From assembly GCA_017468205.1 (NCBI GenBank), contig JAFUJK010000083.1, positions 1-60,596 on the forward strand: 60,596 nt of DNA, written 5' to 3'. Shown piece after piece: positions 1 to 9,940 of this stretch (positions are counted from its first letter, which is position 1; each line of letters opens with the position of its first letter). Source of the stretch: Clostridia bacterium. Its GTDB lineage: Bacteria; Bacillota; Clostridia; Christensenellales; UBA1242. The notes under the pieces are model-generated. The model did not search any database. It was not told the DNA's origin and saw nothing but the letters and a program-made list of their open reading frames with translations. The translations under genes and the position numbers were made by a program.

Positions 1-100
1 CGGACGCCACACACGCACAAAACCCAGAAATAAAAAAAACGCGCCCGAGGAGAACCCCGAGCAACCAACCGACTACAAAGAGCCGGAGCGCAGCCAGCAA
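1..100 (-). other. Putative DGR variable region (adenine-depleted)
   Basis: Only 2 A in 100 nt of the coding strand, bounded by TGC TGG CTG CGC TCC GGC and GGC GTC CG. Confidence 0.5.
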
Positions 101-984
101 TATGATGTTGTACCGCTTCCTTCTATTGTTGTTGTATTAAATCCACGGTCAGCGGCTGTTAAGCCCCATAAACCGTTGTTTACTTGTGCCGTTGTAGACG
201 TAGTTTTTGGAGTTTTATTAAACACTTCTACACTACTTGGTATCCAAAAACTATCATTATATGGTGGATTTGATGTATTCCAGTTACTAGAATGTGTCCA
301 GCCCGTGTATACACCATTATAATCGTCTAGATTGTTATGGTGGTCGTAGTAACTTGTTGAATAAGTATGAACATCATCTGCTTGTGTTGTTTGCCAAGTT
401 GCATCTGCATTTTTTGGTGATTGGATAATACTACTAAAACTTTCTAATTTTCCGTTCAACTTTGTGTAAATATTGTTTGTTACATCGCGGAGTGTTGATT
501 TTGAGTAGTTGCTGTATGTATCATACGATGTGCCATTACCAAAACCTGTATTTTCTGTACCGCTGTTATTATAATATTCAACAACATAGTTTGTATTCAT
601 CCAAACCGTGAGATAACCATTCCATAGATATGTCGCCTGCCATAAAATCGGCTTTGACGTGTCCATTGAGCCAGTTGCGTCTACATAGTATCCCATTGGA
701 AAGATTATTGTGCTATCGCTTCCACTTGTACCACGTGAGGCTATGTTGTGCGCCGTGTATGTGCCTGTGTCGCTTGGATTATCCCAGTAACCAACTGCAT
801 CAAGAAATGCCTCCACAGCCGCAGGGTTTATATTTCCGTTAGTATTGTACAGATTTGATAAACTTGTGGTCGTCGTTGTGCTTGCGTTTGTATTCAAAAT
901 AACGTAAGCCCCCGTCCCCGCTAATAGCGAAAATCCTAGCACAATGCTGGCTATTATCACCGCCAGCCGTACTTTCTTTGTCAT
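73..984 (-). CDS. Membrane-anchored/secreted surface protein with DUF6273-like (CWLRSG) domain; putative DGR target, reading frame interrupted in its variable region
   Basis: N-terminal hydrophobic helix; motifs IIFPMG..WQATY..LTVWM, FWIPS, WGL, YCWLRSG shared with the paralog at 24436-26232; TAG three codons after WLRSG while GGC GTC CG (G-V-R) is still visible at 8-1 in a shifted frame. Confidence 0.7.
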   Translation of the reverse strand: MTKKVRLAVIIASIVLGFSLLAGTGAYVILNTNASTTTTTSLSNLYNTNGNINPAAVEAFLDAVGYWDNPSDTGTYTAHNIASRGTSGSDSTIIFPMGYYVDATGSMDTSKPILWQATYLWNGYLTVWMNTNYVVEYYNNSGTENTGFGNGTSYDTYSNYSKSTLRDVTNNIYTKLNGKLESFSSIIQSPKNADATWQTTQADDVHTYSTSYYDHHNNLDDYNGVYTGWTHSSNWNTSNPPYNDSFWIPSSVEVFNKTPKTTSTTAQVNNGLWGLTAADRGFNTTTIEGSGTTSYCWLRSGSL

Positions 985-1109
985 TTTTTATCTTATTTCA
1001 CTCCTTTTTTTTATGTACACTCCTATTTTATCATTTTTCTTACACAATTGTAAACCAAATAAGCCACCTTTTTACAAAAAATGCAAAAAAACACCCAAAA
1101 AGGGTGCTT

Positions 1110-1295
1110 TTAATTATCAATTTGTTGTTCGGTGGTTGTTGTGGTGGTCTGTGTAAATTGCGATTGAGTAGAATCGTCCCCATGCATAGGAAAGACGACA
1201 GCCATAGCGGTTATTACCATAGCAAAACCACATATAGCGGTAACAAACCTACTCCAAAAGCGCTTGTTACGCATACAAATAATTTCAAAAGCCAT
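1110..1295 (-). CDS. Small membrane protein (basic N-terminus, one TM helix, Thr/Gln-rich tail)
   Basis: 61-aa ORF, GGGGGA upstream, followed by a hairpin with T-tract near 1086-1110. Confidence 0.5.
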   Translation of the reverse strand: MAFEIICMRNKRFWSRFVTAICGFAMVITAMAVVFPMHGDDSTQSQFTQTTTTTTEQQIDN

Positions 1296-1428
1296 TGCAA
1301 ATTCCCCCCTAACAGCATATAAATTTTAACAAATAATTTTGTAAAAACAAAACAAATTAGGGCATTTTTTGCAATTTTTTTATTTTTTTTAACATAAAGC
1401 AACAAATTTTGATATTTTTTATACTTTT

Positions 1429-2403
1429 TTACTTCTTATTTCTAGGATTATTCAGCAATTTGAACGAATCATACAAATCTTGACGGAAATTTGAGTGCAT
1501 TTTCACTGCTTTATCAATTGGTGTAGCGATTATCTTATCATCGCGCAAACCGATAGCGAAATTAAACTTATTTTTATCAATCAATTCTATCGCAGAAACG
1601 CCGTAGCGAATAGCAAGCATTCTATCCTTGACGGTTGGGCTTCCGCCTCGTTGCATATAACCGAGCGCAACCGCTCTACATTCGTGATTAAAATCGCGTT
1701 GAATTTCACGAGAAAGTTGAAAAATGTCATATTGTTTTTCAGCGACAACAATCGTTGGACTTCTATTTCCATAATTAAGTTGGTCTTGAATAAACCTATA
1801 TATATGTGCCTTATCTAGCGGGTCTTCGGGAACAGCCACAATATCAGCCTCACTAGCCATAGCGCTATATAAAGCTATGTTACCTCCGTGTCTTCCCATA
1901 CATTCAATCAAACAAATTCGTTCATTAGCCTGCATAGTTTGGCGGATATTATCAATCATATTTGTAGCATTGTTTACAGCGCTATCAAAACCAATTGAGT
2001 CCGAAGTAGAATGCACATCATTATCAATCGTTGCTGGAATTGCTATTACATTCACACCTAAATCCACAAGCGATTTTGCGCCCAAGTAACTTCCGTTACC
2101 GCCGATAACAACAAGCGCCTTTACTCCCAATTTATTAAGATTTTGCACAGCGATTTTCTTATATTCAATATCTAAAAACTGCTCACAGCGGGCAGAATAA
2201 ATCATACTGCCACCGAGATTGAAAATATTTTTGACGTCATCTTTCGTTATTGTAAAATAGTCGTTATCAATTATACCCTTATAAGCGCGACGAAATGCGA
2301 CACACTCGTAGCCATAGTTATAAGACATTTCCACAACCGATTTCAAGCAAGCATTCATACCCGGGGCATCGCCACCGCTTGTAATTACTGCTATTTTTTC
2401 CAT
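1429..2403 (-). CDS. pfkA: ATP-dependent 6-phosphofructokinase
   Basis: IAVITSGGDAPGMNA, IGGNGS, PATIDND, MGRHGG, GYMQRGG motifs. Confidence 0.95.
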   Translation of the reverse strand: MEKIAVITSGGDAPGMNACLKSVVEMSYNYGYECVAFRRAYKGIIDNDYFTITKDDVKNIFNLGGSMIYSARCEQFLDIEYKKIAVQNLNKLGVKALVVIGGNGSYLGAKSLVDLGVNVIAIPATIDNDVHSTSDSIGFDSAVNNATNMIDNIRQTMQANERICLIECMGRHGGNIALYSAMASEADIVAVPEDPLDKAHIYRFIQDQLNYGNRSPTIVVAEKQYDIFQLSREIQRDFNHECRAVALGYMQRGGSPTVKDRMLAIRYGVSAIELIDKNKFNFAIGLRDDKIIATPIDKAVKMHSNFRQDLYDSFKLLNNPRNKK

Positions 2404-2438
2404 ATATTACTCCTTTTTTTGTTAGGTTTTTAAAAGGC

Positions 2439-2590
2439 GAGATTACCACGTTGCCCTCACGGGCGCCTCGCAATGACAAGTAATTATATTTGCTGAGATT
2501 TCTCCACTCGTTGCACTCGGTCGAAATGACACGCTATTATTCACGCGCAGGCTGTCATTTCGAGTAAGCGTAACGCATCGAGAAATCTCA
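2439..2590. repeat. Cluster of three REP-like GAGAT...AATGAC palindromic repeats
   Basis: Copies at 2439-2477, 2495-2530 and inverted at 2554-2589; the last two pair as gagatttctc..tcgaaatgac / gtcatttcga..gagaaatctc. Confidence 0.75.
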
Positions 2591-2621
2591 ACATTCAAAG
2601 CTCTTTTTCCTTTAATATTTT

Positions 2622-5600
2622 TTAGGCGACAACCATATTTTCAGGTTCGATAAAGCCAAAAAGTTCATTTTGCATTGCTGTACTACAATCGACCTTAAAT
2701 GGAAGCATAAAAGCCTTGCCCTGTTTGCAACACTTGACAACGACCTGATGTTCCCCTGGATAACGGGACAAAATGCTTATCACATTTTCCTTAACATTAG
2801 TATCGGTCAAATCGAATTTTAAATACAATTTCAGCACTTTTTTAGGTTCTTCAATAATTTTTGGTGCATCATCTTTTGGGGCAGACTTTTTATCATCCCA
2901 AAGAATGACATCTTCAGGCAAAACTATTGGTCTATCGCCCTCGCGAATGCTCAATTTGCCGACAAAGGTCATCATTGAATCGACATGTAGAATATGTTTA
3001 AATTTCTCATACACTTTAGGGAAAACGAGGACTTCAAAGGTGCCGAACAAGTCTTCAACGGTTACAACAGCCATTTCCTTGTTGCCGACCTTTGTGTTCA
3101 TACGTTTTACGCCTGTGAGTATACCACCGCATTTGACTTGCTGACCGTCCTCAACTCCCTCGTAGACTGAAATTTCCTCATCACCATCGTCACTTTGCAC
3201 GGTAACAGGAATAAGCAAATTACTAGTTAAATTGTATTCCTTATACTTATCGCGATATTGGTCAAGAATATGCCCACTGACATACACTCCCATAACTTCT
3301 TTTTCAAATTTCAAACGTTGTTGTGTATCATATTCAGGGATATATGGATACTGAACAACATTGAATGTTTTGTCCTCTTTTAGGACATTGTCAAACAATG
3401 TAAGTTGCCCTTGACTTTGCGAGCGCCTATCGCTTGAAACGCGCTCAACAATTTGCTCGTAAACGGCCATCATTTGGCTACGAGGCACTCCAAAGCAATC
3501 GAATGCGCCTGACAAAATCATTGCTTCAAGGAAACGCTTATTGTGAGCTTGTCCGTCCATACGAGAAATAAAGTCTTGCAAACTTTTGAACTCGCCGTTT
3601 CTTTCGCGCTCGCGAACCAACTCTTCAACAAGAGCAACGCCTACATTTTTAAGTCCGCCGAGACCGTAGCGAACGACTTTATCGTCCTCAACACTGAAAT
3701 AAGCCTGACTTTTGTTGACATCTGGCGGTAAAATCTTGATATCGTGCTGGCGCGCGAGTTCCATATAGTGAGTAAGTTCATCACTTTTTGTGATGCGGTT
3801 ATTCATAATAGCGGAATAAAATTCGGTTATGTGATAAACTTTCATATAAGCGGTTTGATAAGTAATGAAAGCATATGCAGCGGCGTGCGCCTTGTTGAAT
3901 GCATAACTACCAAATTTTTCCATTTGGCTCCACAATTTTTCCGCATCGTCGAGTTTCATTCCACGTTTCAGAACTCCGTCAATGCTTTTCAGCCCTTCTG
4001 GGTCGACCCAACCATTGATAAATCTTTCCTTTTCGATTGGAAGTTTATCGGCGAGTTTCTTACCCATAATCTTACGAACACCATCAGCCTGACCCATTGT
4101 ATAGCCCGCAAGAACCTGACAAAGTTTCATAACCTGCTCTTGGTAAACCATAACACCATATGTTACGCCAAGCACGTCCTTCATTTTTGGGTCTGGATAG
4201 ATAACGGACTCTGGATTTTTACGATTTTTGATATATGTAGGTATTTCGTCCATAGGACCCGGACGATACATTGCAAGGATAACGATAATTTCCTCGATGT
4301 TGACTGGTTTCATATCCTTTGCGAAGTTGGAGATTCCGCCACTTTCAAGTTGGAAAACACCGTCATTATCGCCTGAACCAATCAACTTGTAAACATTTGG
4401 GTCTGCGTACGAGAAGTCGCGTGAATAGAAATCTATTTCCTCGCCTGTTCTCTTTTTAACCGTTTTTAGCATCAAGTCAAGGTCGGTCAAGGTAATCAGC
4501 CCCAAGAAGTCCATTTTCAAAAGTCCGAGATGCTCGGTTTCGTTTTTGTCAAATTGTGTTGTTACCATATCGCCGTTTTTAGCCATTGGAACGTGGTCGG
4601 AAATATCATCACAGCATATAACGACACCCGCAGCGTGGATACTTGTATTTCGAGGCATATTTTCGAGTTTAATCGCGGTATCAACAATTTTCTGAACAAG
4701 CAAATCACTCTCGTACATTGCTTTTAGTTCAGGAACGACATACTGCGCATCTTCGGGTTTTTTGCTAACGCCATACAACTTTTCAATTGCAGGAGATTTT
4801 GGCATTTTTGTTGGAAACAATTTTGTCATTTTGTCGACTTCGGAATAAGGCATTTTAAGCACGCGTGCGACATCTTTAATTGCCGCTTTTGCCGCCATTG
4901 TACCAAAAGTAATTATCTGACTTACATTTGGCTCGCCATATTTTTCGATTACGTACTGGATTGCATCTTCACGTTTTACAGGGCAGAAGTCGATGTCGAA
5001 GTCGGGCGGGCTGACGCGCTCTGGGTTTAGGAAACGCTCGAACCAAAGGTCATATTTAAGCGGGTCGATAAGTGTAATTCCGATGGCATAAGCCAAGATA
5101 CTCGCGGCACCACTACCACGCCCTGGCCCTACTGGGACGTCGTGGTCGCGCGACCAGTTGATAAAGTCCCAAACGACAAGATAGTAGTCGACATATCCAC
5201 TTTTAATAAGTGTGTTCATTTCGAACTCGGCGCGCTCTTGAATTTCGGGAGTTATTTCGCCATAACGTTTGATTAATCCTTCATTAACAATTTTCCAGAG
5301 ATAATCGACATTGTTCATACCATTTGGGGCAGTAAACTTTGGATAGAACTGGCTTTTAAAGTCAAAATCGTAGTTACACTTTTCAGCAATTTCGAGAGTA
5401 TTATCAATACATTCGGGGTGAGCGGCGAAAATTGCACGCATTTCTTCCTCTGTTTTGAGGTAAAACTGGTCGCCGTCCATACGCATACGGTCAGGGTCGT
5501 CGATTGTTTTTCCAGTCTGAATACAGAGCATAATGTCCTGCATTTCCGAGTCCTCTTTGTTTAGGTAATGGACGTCGTTTGTTGCAATCGTTTTTACCCC

Positions 5601-6182
5601 CAATGCGTCTGCAAGTTTAAACAAATCGGGTAAAATTTGGCGTTGTTCTTGAATTCCGTGGTCCTGAACTTCGATATAAAAATCCCCTTCGGCAAACATA
5701 TCTCTGAGTCGTGAGCCAAACTTTACAGCATCATCAAAGCGACCTTGCAAAAGCAGTCTAGGGATATCGCCAGCGAGGCACGCGGAACTACAAATCAGCC
5801 CCCCGCTATATTTTTCGAGTGTGTTATAGTCGATTCGAGGTTTGTAATAAAATCCCTTTGTCCACGCGATGCTGTTAAGCTTACACAAATTGTGATAGCC
5901 TTCCTCATTTTTCGCCAAAATTATCAAGTGTGCAGGGTTTGGCTTTCCCTGTTTATAATATAGGTCATCAACAACGTAAAACTCGGTACCGATGATTGGC
6001 TTAATTCCGTTTGCCACACAAGCCTCGTAAAATTTTACAGCGCCGTACATATTTCCGTGGTCAGTTATTGCACATGCGGGCGCACCGCGTTCCTTCAATA
6101 TTTTTGTCAATTTTTTAATTCGAGCCGCACCATCGAGCAGACTATATTCAGTATGCAAGTGCAAGTGTACAAACTTTTCCAT
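2622..6182 (-). CDS. dnaE: DNA polymerase III alpha subunit
   Basis: FVHLHLHTEYSLLDGA PHP domain, GPGRGSGAAS, PPDFDIDF, KMDFLGL, YAFNKAH. Confidence 0.97.
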   Translation of the reverse strand: MEKFVHLHLHTEYSLLDGAARIKKLTKILKERGAPACAITDHGNMYGAVKFYEACVANGIKPIIGTEFYVVDDLYYKQGKPNPAHLIILAKNEEGYHNLCKLNSIAWTKGFYYKPRIDYNTLEKYSGGLICSSACLAGDIPRLLLQGRFDDAVKFGSRLRDMFAEGDFYIEVQDHGIQEQRQILPDLFKLADALGVKTIATNDVHYLNKEDSEMQDIMLCIQTGKTIDDPDRMRMDGDQFYLKTEEEMRAIFAAHPECIDNTLEIAEKCNYDFDFKSQFYPKFTAPNGMNNVDYLWKIVNEGLIKRYGEITPEIQERAEFEMNTLIKSGYVDYYLVVWDFINWSRDHDVPVGPGRGSGAASILAYAIGITLIDPLKYDLWFERFLNPERVSPPDFDIDFCPVKREDAIQYVIEKYGEPNVSQIITFGTMAAKAAIKDVARVLKMPYSEVDKMTKLFPTKMPKSPAIEKLYGVSKKPEDAQYVVPELKAMYESDLLVQKIVDTAIKLENMPRNTSIHAAGVVICCDDISDHVPMAKNGDMVTTQFDKNETEHLGLLKMDFLGLITLTDLDLMLKTVKKRTGEEIDFYSRDFSYADPNVYKLIGSGDNDGVFQLESGGISNFAKDMKPVNIEEIIVILAMYRPGPMDEIPTYIKNRKNPESVIYPDPKMKDVLGVTYGVMVYQEQVMKLCQVLAGYTMGQADGVRKIMGKKLADKLPIEKERFINGWVDPEGLKSIDGVLKRGMKLDDAEKLWSQMEKFGSYAFNKAHAAAYAFITYQTAYMKVYHITEFYSAIMNNRITKSDELTHYMELARQHDIKILPPDVNKSQAYFSVEDDKVVRYGLGGLKNVGVALVEELVRERERNGEFKSLQDFISRMDGQAHNKRFLEAMILSGAFDCFGVPRSQMMAVYEQIVERVSSDRRSQSQGQLTLFDNVLKEDKTFNVVQYPYIPEYDTQQRLKFEKEVMGVYVSGHILDQYRDKYKEYNLTSNLLIPVTVQSDDGDEEISVYEGVEDGQQVKCGGILTGVKRMNTKVGNKEMAVVTVEDLFGTFEVLVFPKVYEKFKHILHVDSMMTFVGKLSIREGDRPIVLPEDVILWDDKKSAPKDDAPKIIEEPKKVLKLYLKFDLTDTNVKENVISILSRYPGEHQVVVKCCKQGKAFMLPFKVDCSTAMQNELFGFIEPENMVVA

Positions 6183-7171
6183 TATTCTTCAATACCTTCT
6201 ACTTCGTTATTTTTTAATTCTTCTGCCATTTTAACAATTTTTCTTAATCTATGATTAACTCCGCTTTTTGTAAGTGGTGGCGACATAAGTTTAGCGAGAT
6301 TTTCGAGGGTTTCATTGGGGTTTGCAAGGCGCAACACGCACAAATCATAGAGAGTATCAGGCAAATTCTCCAAGCCCATTTTCTCCTCTAAATATTCGAT
6401 TGCGGAAATTTGTTTAAGGCTAGCATCAACCATTTTTCCCAAATTGCTATTCATACAATTAAGTTGGCGATTGAGTTGATTTCGCACTTCGCGCACAGCG
6501 AACTCGTTTTGCAATGTAAGCACAGCATTATTAGCACCAACGAGAGCAAGGACATCGCTCACAATTTCCGCTTCTTTTATGTAAACAACTGTCAATTTTT
6601 TGCGTTGCATTATCTTGCTGTAAATATCGTATTGCGACAAAATATGAGAAAAATCTCCCGCCATATTACGATTTAGAAACGCAAATTCGAGATGATAGCC
6701 ACCTGTATGTTTTTTAAGGTCGTTGATGTCCTTAATCACGATATTTGCACTAGCGCAACCCATAAAAACACCCTTAATAAACTGGCGCTGACAGCAATCA
6801 TTTTCAATTAGATGCCTTGAAATACTGCTGGCTATTTCGAGTTGTCCTGCATAATTTTCGCGCAAAATATAGCAATCTTTTAAAATCTGCTCACTTAGGT
6901 CTTGCGGAAAAATAACACTAAATTTTATAGCATGATTAGGGCGTTCCTGTCTATCTAATTTCAATCTATTTTCTTGGTTATAAAGCATTTTTACAAGACC
7001 GCAAACGCGCTTATAGAGAATATCAAGTTCAGTTACAAGAGTGATTGAAAAATCTTCGGCAATACGTCCGCAAGTACGAACAATACCTCCTAGTTCAGCG
7101 CGCGCGCAACATTCTTGCGTTGGCAACTCGCTTGTTGCTACTTCTGTTTTTGCTTCGTATGAAAATGACAT
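6182..7171 (-). CDS. whiA: DNA-binding protein WhiA
   Basis: MSFSYEAKTE start, GYHLEF, NRQLNCMNSNL, LTKSGVNHRLRKI. Confidence 0.93.
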   Translation of the reverse strand: MSFSYEAKTEVATSELPTQECCARAELGGIVRTCGRIAEDFSITLVTELDILYKRVCGLVKMLYNQENRLKLDRQERPNHAIKFSVIFPQDLSEQILKDCYILRENYAGQLEIASSISRHLIENDCCQRQFIKGVFMGCASANIVIKDINDLKKHTGGYHLEFAFLNRNMAGDFSHILSQYDIYSKIMQRKKLTVVYIKEAEIVSDVLALVGANNAVLTLQNEFAVREVRNQLNRQLNCMNSNLGKMVDASLKQISAIEYLEEKMGLENLPDTLYDLCVLRLANPNETLENLAKLMSPPLTKSGVNHRLRKIVKMAEELKNNEVEGIEE

Positions 7172-7222
7172 CGCAATTCTCCTTTCTATATATTATATAA
7201 CACAAATTGAATTTTGAAAAGC

Positions 7223-7954
7223 CTATTTCACTATTTTTATATTAACAATTTTTTCAAGAGGCAAATCATACTTTTCTATGAACTCTTGTTGCAAGGACAT
7301 ATCCCCTACATTTTGTGAATGATGCGCATCGCTACTTAACACCAAGTCGACACCACTTTGTTTAATTGCCTCGACTTCTTCCGCGTTGAAATCAATTCTT
7401 TTGCCATTCAATTCAAACCAAACGCCCTTTTCAGCACAAGCGCGTGCAAGCCTGCCGACATCGCAAGCGGTGGCATAGTTTGGATGCACTACAATTTTTA
7501 CTGGATATTTTTCGAGTGCTTTTAGATAACTATCTGTAATTTTTTGTTTGTGCTTTACAGTATCCCACAACAAATTACGAGCATTAAACAAAAAACTGCC
7601 TCTTACTTTTTTGCCAAAAGTAAATTTATGCACGCCAAAAATTATGTAATCAAGCGAATCAATATCGCTTTGTTGAATATCCAACTCGCCGTCATAATTA
7701 AGAAGATTTGCTTCAATTCCTAACAGAATTTTAATATTGGGGTACTTGGCTTGCACACGTTCAATTTCTGCACGCAATTTAGGAATATCACTACGTTTAA
7801 TCCCCCCCATACAATGGTTAAAACCGTGGTCAGTAATACCTATAACTTCGAGCCCCTTACTAACCGCTTCTCTTACATTATCCTCCACACTATCGTGCCC
7901 ATCACTATAAAAAGTGTGTGTATGATAGTCTGCTGTAACTTTAAAATTTTTCAC
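7223..7954 (-). CDS. PHP-domain phosphoesterase (histidinol-phosphatase family)
   Basis: DYHTHTFYSDG, ITDHG, GIEAN, SSDAH motifs. Confidence 0.88.
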   Translation of the reverse strand: MKNFKVTADYHTHTFYSDGHDSVEDNVREAVSKGLEVIGITDHGFNHCMGGIKRSDIPKLRAEIERVQAKYPNIKILLGIEANLLNYDGELDIQQSDIDSLDYIIFGVHKFTFGKKVRGSFLFNARNLLWDTVKHKQKITDSYLKALEKYPVKIVVHPNYATACDVGRLARACAEKGVWFELNGKRIDFNAEEVEAIKQSGVDLVLSSDAHHSQNVGDMSLQQEFIEKYDLPLEKIVNIKIVK

Positions 7955-8852
7955 AATTCTTTCCTTTTAAATGTATAATTTCACACTGCATTGTCGCATT
8001 AAATTTTTCGTGAACTCTACTTTTTACTTTTTCTATAAGCGCAAGTACCTGCCCACAAGTTGCCTTACCTAGGTTTACTATATATCCAGAATGCACAGGA
8101 GAAACCATAGCGTCACCAACTCGCTCACCTTTTAACCCACATTCTTCAATAAGTTTAGCTGGGATTAAATCATTTTCGCGCCGAAAAACACTTCCAGCGC
8201 TGGGATAACCAACATTTTGAGTTAGCGTTCGCTTACAAATAAATTGTCTTGTATTTAGTGCAATTTGTTCTTTTGCCTCTTTTTTTAGTTTAAATACAAC
8301 TTCCATTATAGCATAATTTTTTTTGTTTGTAAAAACACTATGACGATAATTGAAAAAAAGTTTTGAATTTTCCAGAACTTGCGGAACACCATTATTTAAA
8401 ATTGTAACACTTTCGACAATTTTTGCCATTTCACCGCCAAATGCTCCTGCATTCATAACAACAGCCCCGCCTACTGTACCTGGTATATTTATCGCCCATT
8501 CTAGTCCTGTCAAACCATTATCCGCACAAAATCGAACAAGATTTGCAAGCATAACTCCACAACTTGCGCGCACCCGACAAGGCGAATTTTTTGAAATATT
8601 ATTCAACTTTTTAGTACAAATAATTACTCCATCAAATCCACCATCATCAGCCAAAATATTTGAACCTGCACCTAAAATATAGTATTCAACGCATTTTTCT
8701 TTACACATGTGTAAAAGCGCTTTATATTCAGTAAAATTTTGAGGATAAACAACAAATTTTGCTAGCCCGCCTATTTTAAAAGTCGTCAAACTTTTTAGAG
8801 AAATATCACTTAAAACCGACGCACAAACACTTCTTAAATCTTCAATATTCAT
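7941..8852 (-). CDS. murB: UDP-N-acetylenolpyruvoylglucosamine reductase
   Basis: TTFKIGG, GAGSNIL, IPGTVGGAVVMNAGAFG, PSAGSVF. Confidence 0.95.
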   Translation of the reverse strand: MNIEDLRSVCASVLSDISLKSLTTFKIGGLAKFVVYPQNFTEYKALLHMCKEKCVEYYILGAGSNILADDGGFDGVIICTKKLNNISKNSPCRVRASCGVMLANLVRFCADNGLTGLEWAINIPGTVGGAVVMNAGAFGGEMAKIVESVTILNNGVPQVLENSKLFFNYRHSVFTNKKNYAIMEVVFKLKKEAKEQIALNTRQFICKRTLTQNVGYPSAGSVFRRENDLIPAKLIEECGLKGERVGDAMVSPVHSGYIVNLGKATCGQVLALIEKVKSRVHEKFNATMQCEIIHLKGKNCEKF

Positions 8853-9883
8853 AGTTCCCCCTTATTTTGTATTTCCTCAATTTTCACATTTGGAGTAAAC
8901 ACATTAAGAACTTTCAACTTACTATTTAAAGCGCGTTCAAAATCGGCATATTCATTTGAATAAATAGTTGAACCATTAACAGTAAACATACCGATGCTAT
9001 TCAATTTGTTCTGCACAAGTTGAGATGTTACAAATTTGATAAAATCTTGTGCGTGATTAATCTGATTTTCATTTGATGAGGTTATCGAAAAATATTGAAT
9101 TAAGTCGGTATATGTGTTCAAATATTTATAATTAAGCGGAGCCATCACGCCCATATTTACCTTGTTATTAAGCCTGTAAAAATCGCGTTGTGTACCTAAA
9201 AGCACACTAAAATCATTGCCTTTTAGATAACTTTCGTATGCCTGATATTGCGTTAAATTTGATATTTTTAGATACTTCTTTTCGTCCTCATTTAAGCTTA
9301 AAACTGGAATATTATAATTTTGACCTGTACCTATTACACTCAACTCACTTGTTTCTTGGGCTTTTGTAAAATTGTCAACATTCAATTCCCCAAAATCACC
9401 ATCAGCGCACAAAACATAGCCACCCATACACCAAGGAATTGCTAGTTGTTTGCCATTTTTTACCCCACCCGCAAGCAAGTCAGCACGAACACCGCAATCA
9501 CTCGTAATTTCAGTAGTAATAGCCTCTAAAAGTTCGCCAGCACCTACGCCATAACTAACTATATCGGGGCGAGAGCCTTGTTCAAGCATTAATTTTGCTT
9601 GATTCAAATCCAAAGTACGCACAAGAACATAGGTCCCTATTGTTCGTTCCTGATATAAATAGGCATTTTTCTCTAAAAAACGCGCTCGACTAGCGCTCCC
9701 TCCCTCAAATGTATCAATCTCCCACAATTCCAAAAAAACAGCATTTGGAGGAGCAGTCTTAACCCATTCATCTCGTCCTGCATAGATTTTGGGCAACAAA
9801 ATATATGGAGTTACAAACAAAAATACCGCGACTACTAATGCAAAAACAGCAAAAAATGTTTTTTCGCGCTTGGATAAACTCAA
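8849..9883 (-). CDS. Membrane-anchored extracellular solute-binding-like protein
   Basis: N-terminal TM helix, DTFEGG, AIPWCMGGYVL, FIKFVTS motifs; TTG start at 9883 chosen because GGAGG lies inside the ORF-track start. Confidence 0.6.
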   Translation of the reverse strand: MSLSKREKTFFAVFALVVAVFLFVTPYILLPKIYAGRDEWVKTAPPNAVFLELWEIDTFEGGSASRARFLEKNAYLYQERTIGTYVLVRTLDLNQAKLMLEQGSRPDIVSYGVGAGELLEAITTEITSDCGVRADLLAGGVKNGKQLAIPWCMGGYVLCADGDFGELNVDNFTKAQETSELSVIGTGQNYNIPVLSLNEDEKKYLKISNLTQYQAYESYLKGNDFSVLLGTQRDFYRLNNKVNMGVMAPLNYKYLNTYTDLIQYFSITSSNENQINHAQDFIKFVTSQLVQNKLNSIGMFTVNGSTIYSNEYADFERALNSKLKVLNVFTPNVKIEEIQNKGEL

Positions 9884-9909
9884 AAAAGCACCTCCCATAA
9901 CGTCATAAC

Positions 9910-9940
9910 AATGTATGCAGAGGTACTTTTGATTTATGCG
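9910..9940 (-). promoter_or_regulatory. Candidate sigma-E (mother-cell sporulation) promoter
   Basis: Minus strand ATA-N17-CATACATT matches the Bacillus sigE consensus ATa-N16-18-cATAcanT. Confidence 0.45.

Noticed and set aside
2439-2590. CRISPR array
   Set aside because: Copies are degenerate and partly inverted, spacing is irregular, and no cas genes are present.
3744-4376. 210-aa plus-strand ORF and similar overlapping ORFs (28765-29379, 54505-55059)
   Set aside because: Antisense to well-supported conserved genes.
2622-6182. Intein in DnaE
   Set aside because: Normal length (1186 aa) with contiguous motifs.
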